Source of the DNA: Halocafeteria seosinensis
Lineage: Eukaryota
Reading direction: 5' to 3'
Length of the DNA stretch: 60,614 bases
Assembly (NCBI GenBank): GCA_001687465.1
Contig: LVLI01000284.1
Span: 1 to 60,614, forward strand
The notes beneath the pieces are model-generated. The model was not told where the DNA came from and did no database searches. It worked only from the letters and a program-made list of their open reading frames with translations. Made by a program: the position numbers and the translations under genes. This document shows, piece by piece, positions 12,115 to 23,815 of this stretch; the stretch's first letter is position 1, and each line of letters starts with the position of its first letter.

Positions 12115-13627
12115 CTATCCGTACAGCGCTGTAGCTGCTTTATCTGCCAAGTTGTTCAATTGCCAGCAAGTGTCTCTAATCGAGTCATTCACCGAAGAAA
12201 TGGCATCCTTTTCTGCGTATCAATAAAATGCATGTAGTTTCGCTTATTTACAATACAGCACCTGCGCAATAAAATGCGCTATATACTAACCGTCAATAAA
12301 GTCTAGTACCCCGTCAACTTGATCAATTGTCGCGTGGATGCGTCCTTCGGAGATCATTTTCGCCGCCAAATCCTCCGCCGCCTCAGCTGAAATACCCAAG
12401 AGCTTTCCCAGAGATGAGAACGTAATATTCCTATACATTACTGTAGCCGCACTGAGGTTATGCAATCGCATAGCACGTTCCACATCGTGCATACCATCAG
12501 TGCCTATGGCCAGTTTACGTTCATCCAAGCCTTTCGAGAATTGTTCGACTTCGTCCGGCCCAACGAACTGATTCAAGTGCAGACGTTGCATCATTTTGAA
12601 TTCAGCCAAAGCATGAGTCCGGGAATCTCTGTAAAAGGCACCAATTAACCGAGATCTATTCGATCCAGGCGGGCTCAAAATAGCACAAACGATCCCAGAT
12701 CGCAAGATTTCCTGTATCTCATCCTCAGGGATATCTGTATGAGTGCTCTGGGAAATGATTAGGTACCACATGGCAGCCTGTGCATACTCCCGTCGCGAAT
12801 CTAAAATTCTCGCAAACAAGACTTTAAATTGCATCTGAATCAGCCAGTCATTGACCTCCATGAGCCCAGACTCCTTGGCATGTCGGATAACGACGTCTGC
12901 GCTGAAATCATCCTCGTCCACAAGATAGTGCTGCGCGGCATTTATATAAACTTTCGCTTTCTCCCCGTCGGGAACGCTAAGCTCTTTCATATGATTCTGC
13001 AGAGCTGCCAAAGTGTCCGCCGCTCGGCGTGGCTCACCACTTTCCGAGTAATGTTCGAAAAGCGCTTGCCGAACATGATACTCCTGCGGACTCGGTCGAC
13101 CAGCAATGTCAGACCAGGAGTCGAGTGAGTTCTTGAAACTAAATCTGCACACTTACGGCGTGAATAAATAAAGGTTGCCGCGGTTGGATGCATTCCAAAA
13201 AGTAGTTCAAAATTTCCTGATAATTTTGTCGTTTGCTCTCATTGTCTCCGTCCAGTGGAGGTTTATTCTCGTATAGCTTCTGGCCTAAATGCCGTAAGAC
13301 CTGGTAAGGGAGGACTCATTATAGACGAATTCTTAAATTCTTCCCATGGAAGAAAACAAACGCACTTCTTTGCTGTCATATCCTTGTGTATCATGGGAGC
13401 ACGCTGCATTCGGTAATATTCGTTGGTCCCATGAGTTTAGACACCCATTTCCACACTTGTCGTACCTTGCTCAATAAAACTTCGTAAGCCATTATAGTCC
13501 CCTGTTTGGACCAGTCCATCCGCCTTCGCTTTCTGCAAAGATGTAGCATAATGCAATCGATTATGCACATGTGTGTTGGGCATCATTCGAATCGTCATTA
13601 TAGGGTGAATCGTACTGTAATATCCAT
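12115..13627 (-). CDS. CSN4: COP9 signalosome subunit 4 (PCI domain), multi-exon
   Basis: ARILDSRR, CAILSPPGSNRSR, RAMRLHNL, YRNITFSSLGKLL, MISEGRIHATIDQVDG; start codon inferred from splice signals. Confidence 0.9.
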
Positions 13628-13708
13628 TCTCCAAGGAAGTCAAAGAAGTCCTCGTTTTTCTTCAACCTAAAAAGCTATACGATGCTCTTAACGACAGTAT
13701 GTAGTACG

Positions 13709-13741
<33 letters not shown>

Positions 13742-13988
13742 GAATTCTGATAGTCAAACACGAACAATACCATTTGAGAATTCCTCTCTGGAAGACGACG
13801 ACCACCCCGTGGTTGGACCAACTTCACAATTGTTGTGAAGGAATTCTGGGGGATGGATGAATATAAATATATCGAGGATATGCTTTGTGTGTGAATTCTA
13901 GAATGGATTTTATTGCGAACTCCAGGAAAATGAATAAGTGTTAGAAGGTCGGTGGGAATCTTGCTAAGGACCGACGTACTGCGTCGAT

Positions 13989-15453
13989 CTATTGATGCGC
14001 ACTAAGGTAGTTCCTCTGCCGTCGCCGGTTAATCTGCATCTGTAGGGCTAGACTTTCTCTGGGGAAACTAGACGGGACGTGTTCCCCAAGCCAAAGATGA
14101 TCTAAAATCGATACATCTCTGCGGGACCGGGGAACGACTACCGGGCGCGCGCAAGGGTCGAGCTGCGTCAGACGCCGGACGCAATCTATGGCTGCCTCTG
14201 AAATTTCCCCAGTTTCTTGCCGATGAGTATCTAGCTGTTGAATTGCCTCTTCCCTGGATACCTCCATCTTATATTTGCTATGGAAGTAGCAACTTAGCAA
14301 CATCACTCGCAGGGTCATTCCTAAGGAATACATGTCTGCGAAGATCCCATTGTATCTCCGCCTATTCCCTGCTTGTACCTCAGGTGCCATATATACTGGC
14401 TTTCCCACTCTGCGTACTCTCCAGAGATAGTAGATACATTTCTCGAGAATCGAAGAGAGGGCTATAATAGTTGTGGACTTACATCCCGCTGTTGAGAGGA
14501 AATCCAGGAACGAGGGGAGCCTCCTTTGCCATCCCAAAATCTGTGATTGCGATAGTTTTTGCGTCGGTTGAGCTCAGCACATTTTCGGGGGAGATATCTC
14601 TATGACAGACCCCGAGACTGTGCAGGTAACCGACACCTGTGATAAGCCCTCGGTATCCAGATGTACAACACGAAAATATTCCCCAGCAATGTCAACTCAC
14701 CTTCCAGTATTTCCAGGAAGATATCCCTGACCTTGTCCTCTTCTACAGGTACTTCACGGTTGGCGATGTAATTCAGTAGTTCCCCACCTGAGCGGCATTC
14801 ACCAATTAGAGGGCGATTTCAGCACCATGGACCTTTCATGTAGAAACGGTCACCTACCGTTATAATGAGGAAACGCCATGTAAGTATGCTGTGGCTCATC
14901 AGCTCTTCTCATTACCCTCTGAAGCGTCACAACATTGTGAACTCCACCGAATTGACCGAGTATTTTCATTTCCATCCAAGGGTCTTCGTTAGTATCAGTG
15001 AGTATCCATTTACCATGGTCGTTCCGTTTATATTGCCGATGCATCTCGCCAGGAGCACGCAGACAGTCCTGCAAGTTGAGACGAAATACAGATTCTGCGC
15101 ACACGAGTCTTAATAGCGAACGGCTTACTTACCACTTCGAGGATTTTCAGGACGCTGGACTGGCCAGTTTGCTCCTCGTGGTTATTCCACCACTTGACCA
15201 AGTCGACATAGCCCATCAGCGACGGGTGGATCTGGATCTGACTGCGATACCACGGGAACATACCGTCGAAAGGCACCACCTCATAATGCTGGCGGCGTGA
15301 ATCAGTAGCGCGATCCAGCACATGTCGGTAACACTCGTATCTACGATCCCAATCGATCATAGGCTCGCCCGTGTATTTGACGTTCACAGGTGCCAGTTCG
15401 ACGTCTCTTAAATCGTCGATGCACATCCCTGGGTTTGCTTGTTGACTCGCCAT
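13989..15453 (-). CDS. Ser/Thr protein kinase A (CAMK-like), 5 exons
   Basis: VLKILE, EDPWME (alphaC), GGELL, HRDISPEN, DFG, VGKPVYMAPE, ADMYSLG reconstructed across GT-AG introns. Confidence 0.85.
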
Positions 15454-15868
15454 TCTTTTCTCTTCCCCTTTGAAACACAATTATGCCTCTGTTGCGCTTG
15501 CATACACTGAGTTTTACACCAATTCGATGCGATCGATTGGGATGCGGATTCGGATTCGGATTCGTTGGTGAAGAAAACGCTGTCGCATGCACATACAAAC
15601 CTCGTGCGTACATTCACGACAACAATACTGATAACACAAGACATTCAACTATGTATTCTAATCACAACAAGAATTAGCCTACAGTATACCCAAGAAATCG
15701 CAGCACGTTGAAGTTGAAGTAGAACCACCTCGTGACTCAGTAAGAAGTTGGAATCTACAGTTGACTACACACAATATATACTGTTGATTGTAAGTTACTC
15801 GATTCGAGATGTACCGCACTCCCTAAGCTTGCTGGGCAACCAATCCGAGTGTATGTAAAAATCGAATT

Positions 15869-17345
15869 CTACTGATTTGCATCTAGGAAGTGTTGCTGCC
15901 TTTGCTGGTTGCAATCCCTTAATCGTTTTAGATACTCGCGAGGCAAATTGCTCTGATCGCCTTGCTGGAGCCAAGGATGATCTAAGATCGATGTTTCCCT
16001 CTTATTCCTCGGAATGACGACTGGTCGGTCCGCAGGCTTGACCTGTAGCAAGTGCTGTACACAAGCTATGGCTTCATCTGATACCCGTTTGGCTTCAGTT
16101 TGCTGAATGTGTTCCTTGAGCTGGTCAATACATAATTGGGGGTTTACATCACAACCGATCACACGATACTGGTTAGTGCAGAGATAATGACCCAGCAACA
16201 TCATATAAAGTATCTTGCCCAAACAAAACATGTCAGCGAAGATTCCATCATACACTGTACCCCTCCGGAGCTGGATTCAACACTTCAGGTGCCATATATA
16301 TCCGTTTCCCCATCCTGCGTGCGTCAAATTGTAGCGATGTGTTGACCTGTTGAACCGAAGATAGAGCAAGAACAGTCCAGACGTACCTCCCATGGTTTAG
16401 GGGAAACCCCCCAATAAGTGGAGCTTCTCTTGCCATCCCAAAATCTGTAATTGCGATAGCTCCCGTGTTGGCTGATGTCAGCACGTTTTCGAGAGCAAGA
16501 TCTCCATGACAAATCCCCATACTGTGCAGGTAGCCGACTCCTGTAAGACGTTCTCAAGCAAGAACATATCCGGCTTAGAAAATGAAACCCAAGAATTCAC
16601 GTTTGCCACACCATGCAGTATTTCCAGGAAGATATCTCGGACCATGTTTTCTGCTACAGGCCCTCCTGTGTTGGCTACATAATCGAGCAATTCCCCTCCT
16701 GAAGCCATAAACCACCAAGTATCGATACTTCCTTTCCAACTAATCCATTTCAGGTAGGAAGGATCACATACCATTATAATAGGGAAATGACAAATAAGTA
16801 TGGCGTGGCGACTCATTCTTTTTCATCCCCCTCTCGATATCCACAATATTGTGAATTCCACCGAAATTCTTCAGTATCTTCATTTCCATCCAAGGGTCTT
16901 CCAGCGTCTCACAGAGCTGGTCGTGTTCATTATATTGCAAATGCGTACGACCAGGGGGGCGTAGACAATTCTGCGAACAGCACATAGACGACAAGTTCTA
17001 TTACAGATGTGTTTTCGATACAGTACATGTTGGGCTCATTACCGCTTGAAGGATCTTCAGAACGCTCCGGAGGGGACGCTCCCCCTCCATATTCAAATAC
17101 TCCACCTCATCAACATAGCCCATAAGCGACGGGGAAATCTGTCTCCGGGTGCGATACCATGGCAACATGCGTCCATCTGGGCTAATCACATAGTGCTGAC
17201 GCCTCTCCATTGGGGCGCGATGCAGCCGTTCTTCGCCGCTCCGTTGGAGTATTTGCTGTCCTGTGTACTCGATATTCACGGCATCTAGGGTTATGTTTTC
17301 CAATTGTTCCAGCGTTGTCGCTGCAATTCCTTGTTGATCCGCCAT
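15869..17345 (-). pseudogene. Tandem paralog kinase B with HGD catalytic loop and +1 frameshift at the G4 run 16260-16263
   Basis: Same exon structure as kinase A; HGDLALEN, DFG, MGKRIYMAPE; CCG GAG GGG TAC AGT GTA TGA needs loss of one G to read EGTVYDGIFADM. May be a sequence error. Confidence 0.7.
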
Positions 17346-18341
17346 ATTCTCTCACAAATGCAGTGTATCTTTCTTTGACGAGAAAGCGAGAAAAAGTGTT
17401 CGATGCGCGTATACAGCCTTTGCTGACCCACAAGGCGGGGGCAATACTCACGGTAACGATAAACGAATGAAGTTTCGAAGATGAAATACAAGACGGCAAG
17501 TACAGTGAAGATATTTCTCGCTACCCACACGTTGAAGTTGAGTTAGGCCATTCCGGACTCGAACTTCCGTTTCTCTCCCCGTCAAAAACGTTGTGTTGGC
17601 TTCCCTTCGGAGACTAAACACATATGTATGCACTATTTCCAAGTCAAGCACACGGCGTTGCTTGCAGTTCACACACACTTACCGGTACTCTGTATAAGTG
17701 GTTACCGAGTTAGCACAACCTCGACAATTGAATATTTTCCATCAGTTTCCGTCAGTTCTTTCATAAATATTCTTCCTCCGGGCTGCAGCCGGACCCCGCT
17801 ACCATTAGCCACGATTTGTCGTTCAGAAAAACAAATCAATGCAGCCGCCTCTCTCCTCCGCTCCGATGCTGTATTTTTTGCGGCCATAAACAACGGAGCT
17901 GAGAACGTGAATTTAACTTGAACTGTAAAAGAAATGCTTTGTTGCGTTCTAGAACGGTTTCATCCATAGAGCATACATCTTTATTGGTAGTTTTATGATT
18001 GCCGTCAAGCTCATCCTTCCGTAGCTTTAGCGATTCCACGAAGGTGTATATCCAGCGTACTGTATTGGCTCATCTGTTACGCACGGAAGACGACGACACC
18101 ACTCTGAACCGCAGAAAGGAAGGAAACGCCTTCGCACGAAGTCTGTGGATACGGGTAGCACACACATGTTCTCCTTTCAAACATTGACAACCTTTGCTTC
18201 ACTTGGATGATCGCAGGCGTCGAGGAGTTAGAGTCGCTGAGTCCCCGCACCGAGTTCCAGATTTTGATCTACAGGGAATGTGTCAGTGGCGTACCACTAT
18301 CACCCGCTCACGTGAAGTACGATCAAACTTTTATTTACATT

Positions 18342-18383
18342 TTTTGTTTGTAAATTTTGTTTGTTCATTCTCGCGGGTGATAT
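18342..18383. repeat. About 42-nt dispersed repeat, copy 1 (copy 2 at 22934-22974)
   Basis: ttttgtttgtaaattttgtttgttcattctcgcgggtgatat vs ttttgtccgtaattttgtttgtaatttttcgcgggtgatat. Confidence 0.7.
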
Positions 18384-18774
18384 ACCACCATCCTCGCGGT
18401 CTAGTGCAGCAAATCGACTAGATTCCTTCGCCTAGGAGCAACACACAGGAAATCAGATAAAGCGCAATATCAGATAGGCTCCTCGCCCATTACGTGCGTC
18501 AGTGCCGTCCTAGAACATTTACCTTGTCTTACGCCACGGATGAAAAGGCCATAACTTCCATGAAGGGTAGTGTTTTTCGCGGGAGATCTTCACGCATCAC
18601 AATTTGGTGGAATGATTTCTTGAAGCCAGGCGAATCCAGAGGATATCCGTAGAAAGCATTGTTCATTCGTTCTTCGAAATCCAAGCAGATTATAGGTAGG
18701 AGTCGATCACGGGCCCTACACAATGCTCTCGGTAAAATACGTACGGAGTTGCTCTTCTTGCTCATCTGCCTGTA

Positions 18775-19152
18775 ACATGGCAGCGGAAACAGTAAATGAA
18801 GTCATCCCGTTAATCGATAATGGTACCAACGTGGAGGCAACAGATTCATTAAACCTCTGTACGAGCCTATGTGATGGGAATCTTGTTCCATATCGTAGAG
18901 ACCGCTCTGTAGGGTACGGCTGCAGAATTATGAGACCCCGTCATTGGACGAACGTCATGCGAGATTAAACCGCTGCTAATGAGGCAACTATCGATCCAGT
19001 GAAGAACGTATGCCTGGGCTTCATCTGAAGACCTCCGACCACTTGCAGACAGGTAGCATTTCATCGCATGAGGCAGCATACGCGAAGGTTTGAAACATGC
19101 CGAGGGACTAATTCGTGAAGGAGCAGATGTAAATAGTCAAGACAAAATGCGT
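18775..19152 (+). pseudogene. Decayed partial copy of three exons, with introns, of the downstream ankyrin gene
   Basis: 24-nt exact intron match atgtgatgggaatcttgttccata (18869 vs 21286); ctaatgaggcaac..cagtgaa; LIREGADVNSQDK vs LIRRGADVNGQDK; donor mutated gtgcgt to atgcgt; stops and frameshifts. Confidence 0.85.
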
Positions 19153-19986
19153 TGATACTGGTCCTCGAAATAGGTGATACCGGTTTCGCAGTTCTTGGCG
19201 TAGCAAAGGAAACTTCTACCATGCAATATCTAAGCGTATCCTTCGTTAAGTATCTTCAGGTCTGTTGAACTTCTTCTTGTAGTTTCAAAGCACACCGCAA
19301 ACCCCCAAACAAAACACAGCCGCTACAAGAAGGGGGGTACCGTACACCATCTGAATCTGTACAAAAGTACGTAGTGGTAACTCACCATTAAATGTCGCAT
19401 GGTAGTGTTACATTGTCGGATACTTCTGCATGCATGTTTCAAGTTGAAACACTTAGTTCTCACTGCAGAGATGGGGAACCTGATCAACAACGAGAGGTGG
19501 ACCTCGGGGTGTACACGACCTCGGGAAGGCTACGGTCTGCATAATCACTTTCTTTCGGTACGAGAAAATTCCGAGCAAGAGTAGTACACACACGGGTATT
19601 TCATGTTGGTATTTGACAAAGGGTACCCCGAGAATTCATGATAATGAACGTCATAACTCAACGAATACTCCGTGTAAATGGAATCAGTAATTCAGAGTAA
19701 TTTTGTACCTCCACGGGGTCTCGTTATGAAGGGTGTAGCATGAGAAAGCAATAACACTTTCGTGTCTTAAGCATGGAACTTCATTGAACTTTCGGCTAAC
19801 TTTATCCGAAAGTTGAGATCTTACAGAAGTACTGTGACATGAATCACATGTATCAAGCTCTTCTCCTTACTGTTGCTGTTATCTGCTAAATACTTCCCGA
19901 CTGGAAAACGCTACACTGTATGGGTGCTATCCCATATTGTTACGATAACAAGAGTGTTCATTGCTTAGTCCCGCTCTGCGCCGACA

Positions 19987-22178
19987 ATGCAGAAGCAAAA
20001 CAATTTAAGAGCCGTACACAATGTATACATGGATTGGTTCAAGAGGCATATCGTACCAACACCATGGTGGCAACACAAGCAATCCGAGGTTCAAGATGGA
20101 ATCAGAAGCAAGGCGATTTGCGTTGGCAATCTCGAGAGTTTCCTTGATGAGTGTCCTCCAGGATGTCTGAAATATTTCAAATACACGGGCGCCGCTGTGT
20201 ATCCTTCCTTCGCTCATTTTCTACTTCAACAGATGAGTGTTAAAAATTTGACCCGCAGCGACTTGATGGCTTTAACCAAACTAGGGGTCCTTCCCACAGT
20301 TCAGGTCGACAAGGTAGAGTGTCCAGACAGATTGAGTTCCAGTAGGCACTAGCGGCATTGCGTTTCATTGTGATTTGTTTCTCCCTATTGTCAAAACACT
20401 CTTTTACGTTTGTTTGTTTGCACTTAGCCATTGATCGGTGGTTTCACAGAACGGGAACACCCTCATACACCTCGCATGTGACAACTCGAGTTCCCTCGAA
20501 ACTCTCACCACGATGATCGCTTTGTGGAAGCAAGCAGACATGGATATCAATAAAACGAATTTTGTAAGTGGCCGAACAAAATTCTAATAGTTTAGGTCTG
20601 GCAATATCAGTATATTACTGGAAGTACCTATTGTACAGAAGGGGGAAAGTCCTCTGCACGTTGCAGTAGCAAGCGCAAGCCCAGCGAAAGTTGCATACCT
20701 ACTTAACCATTGCGCGGCGGATATCAATTTAAAGAACAAAGTAAGAGTGATTTCTTGTCTTTTAAACGCTACCAAAGTCTTTTCGGTAGTTCCTACAGGA
20801 CGGAAGGACACCACTACATTATTCTATCTGTGCGGGGCCATACGGACGCACCGTTCTTGAACAACTGCTTGCTAGCAACAAGGCAAATCTCCGAGAAAGA
20901 GACAACGTCAGTGGGTAGTGGTTGCTTTGACGAAGAGCAATATTCATGCATGGTAGTATGACTGCAGCGCGGTTATACCGTCATTCACGACGCCGTTCGC
21001 TACGCAAACAGAACCACTGTATCTCTGGATGGATTGCTTGCCAATGGCACAAAGACCGGGAAAATGAATTTAAACATTCAAAACGAAGTACATGTTGTTA
21101 AAATTGCTCCTTTGCTAAGCGCTTAGGAGAAAAGTTGTAGATGATCACCAACCCGCTACTTACTTTGCAGGAGGGGAAGACACCGCTGCACATAGCAGCG
21201 GAAGAAAGTCCTGAATACATCCGTCTGTTTATCGATAGTGGTGCAGATCTGGAGCTAGTAGATGCCGTAAGCCACTTGCGAGTGAATGTGATGGGAATCT
21301 TGTTCCATACTCATGGGCCGATCTGTGCAGAATGGAGAGACCCCGCTGCACTTAGCAGTTGGACAAGTGAGATCCTCCATTGAAGCACTGGCTAATGAGG
21401 CAACCATCAACGCAGTGAATCACGTACGCTAAGAGGTCTACATCTGAGATAGTGCTTCGTCTTAAGACCTCTGACAGGTTGCAGTCAGGTAAAACCCCGT
21501 TGCACATAGCAGTAGAGAAGGGAGTTGTGGACACCGTCGAACTGCTAATCCGTAGAGGAGCGGATGTAAATGGTCAAGACAAAGTGCGTTTTTTGACTTG
21601 TTTCTGCAACATCCTCACCAACAGGAAAGTTTATTCAACTGGTGTTTTCAATAATGTCGAGGTACTCTCGTTACTATGCAGGAAGGGAATACGCCTATAC
21701 ATGTTGCAAGCACTTCTGCGAACCACGGTCTCCTAGAGCGACTGCTAAACACTCCAAACGATGGTACAACGCATGCCGATCTCAATAGGCAAAACAATGT
21801 AAGTCTTCGTTGTTTCTTCCTCCGTACGCACTGCCACCTGGGACCATGAGTGTTTGTACAGGACGGAGATACCGCACTTCATTTGGCGGCAAAGAGCGAC
21901 TCGTTGAGTCTTGTCGAATTCTTAGTAGAGAAAGGAGCTGACATTAATGCACTAAACAATGTAAGACTCACTTGAGACGAAAATTAAAGGGAAGGCGAGG
22001 TGTGACAGTGCTCTTCTCGGTACAGAAAGGGCAAACACCTGGCAATGTTGTTAGTGCTTATGCTTTTACACCTTCGGAAGTGGAGCGTTACATGGCCTGC
22101 CGGTACAGGCTACAAGAAGCGCAGCCAAAGGAACCAAAGTGTGAACGCAGAAAGTCAAGGAAGCGAAACAAACAGTAG
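19987..22178 (+). CDS. Ankyrin-repeat protein, one repeat per exon (5' start uncertain)
   Basis: Phase-0 exons 20450-20563, 20639-20740, 20799-20906, 20968-21087, 21171-21266, 21331-21423, 21485-21583, 21682-21798 and 21862-21960 each begin xGx(T/S)xxH (e.g. SGKTPLHIAV, DGDTALHLAA); last exon 22026-22178. Confidence 0.9.
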
Positions 22179-22933
22179 AAATTTACATTTCAAAGAAGTT
22201 TACTAATCATGCGTACACTGAGACTTCATACGGTGTAACTAGCGGTAGCCAGCAAGCAACGGCAATTGCTAGCAATCAAAATCTACACCTTTCCCATGTT
22301 ACGTTCATGTTATGTTCAGATCTATCAAACTTCCACATTTTTGAACTTTTTTGTTAATCAAAGTGCAGTGGAACCCACTGAGACGCCTTCCCTCTCTCTG
22401 GTGCTTTATCAATGCCACAAACCCGTCAAAATATACTGCAAACATTTCGATATCTCTGATTTGCTTGCATTGGCCGTGTGGGTCTCTGTTTGGTAGGCAA
22501 CAATCCAGCACACGTCAACTATTAAGGAGGTGGCGCTGAAGTTGGGCTGGTGTCTGAGCATTGCATGCACAGTGTAGTTGTTGGGATGTGAAGCGGTAGA
22601 AGTGATGCAAGGCTAAAGCGACGATAGCGATGGGATTGGTAGCATAGCCTTAGAACCTTGGCATAGTCTCTGCATACATGTATGAGTATTTAACAGCAGT
22701 TACACACAAGGCGTGCGGCATGTATTAGTATTGCTGCTACCGGAATAGCTTCTGCGAAAAAGTTTAGTGTACATGCTACTCTAGGCTGTATGAAGAGTGA
22801 ACCCTGCTCGGTACCGCTCAAGCTGATGTGATAGACAGCTTGGCGTCTCTTTCTTCCGTTCGCGTCTTCCCCTAACCAGCCGTCCAGCCGTAGCCTCCAT
22901 CACGACGGGGCAATGGTCTCTCAGATGTCCGTA

Positions 22934-22974
22934 TTTTGTCCGTAATTTTGTTTGTAATTTTTCGCGGGTGATAT
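22934..22974. repeat. About 42-nt dispersed repeat, copy 2
   Basis: Direct-orientation match to 18342-18383. Confidence 0.7.
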
Positions 22975-23815
22975 CGGTTTCATCTGGGGGTTTCCCACTT
23001 TGTCTTCTGTGACCGGATTTGGCACTGTCCGTCGACGTAAACTACCGGTACCGTGTGACAGATAGCCCAACGCTGCCAACACGATGAGGTTTTACCATAA
23101 TACCAAAAGAATCAAGAGGGTACATAATATATCCACAGTTCACTGGAAATTTTGTTCCGTACAAATTATCCCATTCAGCTCACAGTTGTTAAGATTCAGA
23201 AGATTGATACCCGTGTCACATGTTGCAGGAATTGCAAGCAACCGAACCAACTCTGGTACAGTCTGGGAAATCGTGAAACATGCATGTAGATACGTACGTG
23301 ACACGGCACTCTCCCGCATCGCGGCAAATTCATTCAATTCGGTGCGATCGGCATTTGCGCACCGGCTTTGCGAACCGAGCCGAGCTGACTTCAACCTGTC
23401 CCTCACAACAAAATGACGGCTAAACAGGGGCCCACAAGGTTGAGTGCGACGAGGATTGTATTGTTGAGCACAATGTATGCTTGGTTTGGTTCATGCTCAT
23501 ATTCAACGAAAATACAAGAAACACTCCACACCACCACCATTCTGTTGAGGTGTTCTGACGTCGCAACACAACTGTGCGCGCCAAAACTTTAACTTCTCGA
23601 ATTGCTGTGTTCCCGCTTCCTTTCATTTTCATTTCCGGCAGTGTTGTTAGCAGCTTGGTAATGAAAAAACTGTGGAGCGTGCGCGTAGAAGAAAGGAGAG
23701 AAACGACGAGCTCCCCAAAGCGCCGTAACTACAGGGAGCGAGCGAGCGACCCGAACGGTATATTGTGTTTACGGCTGCAACCTCAGCCATAATTGACTGC
23801 TCAGAGTGGGGCAGT

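Noticed and set aside
13712..13743. Poly(A)/GAAAA tract as a retroposon tail
   Set aside because: No target-site duplication or element body; it lies in the CSN4 upstream region
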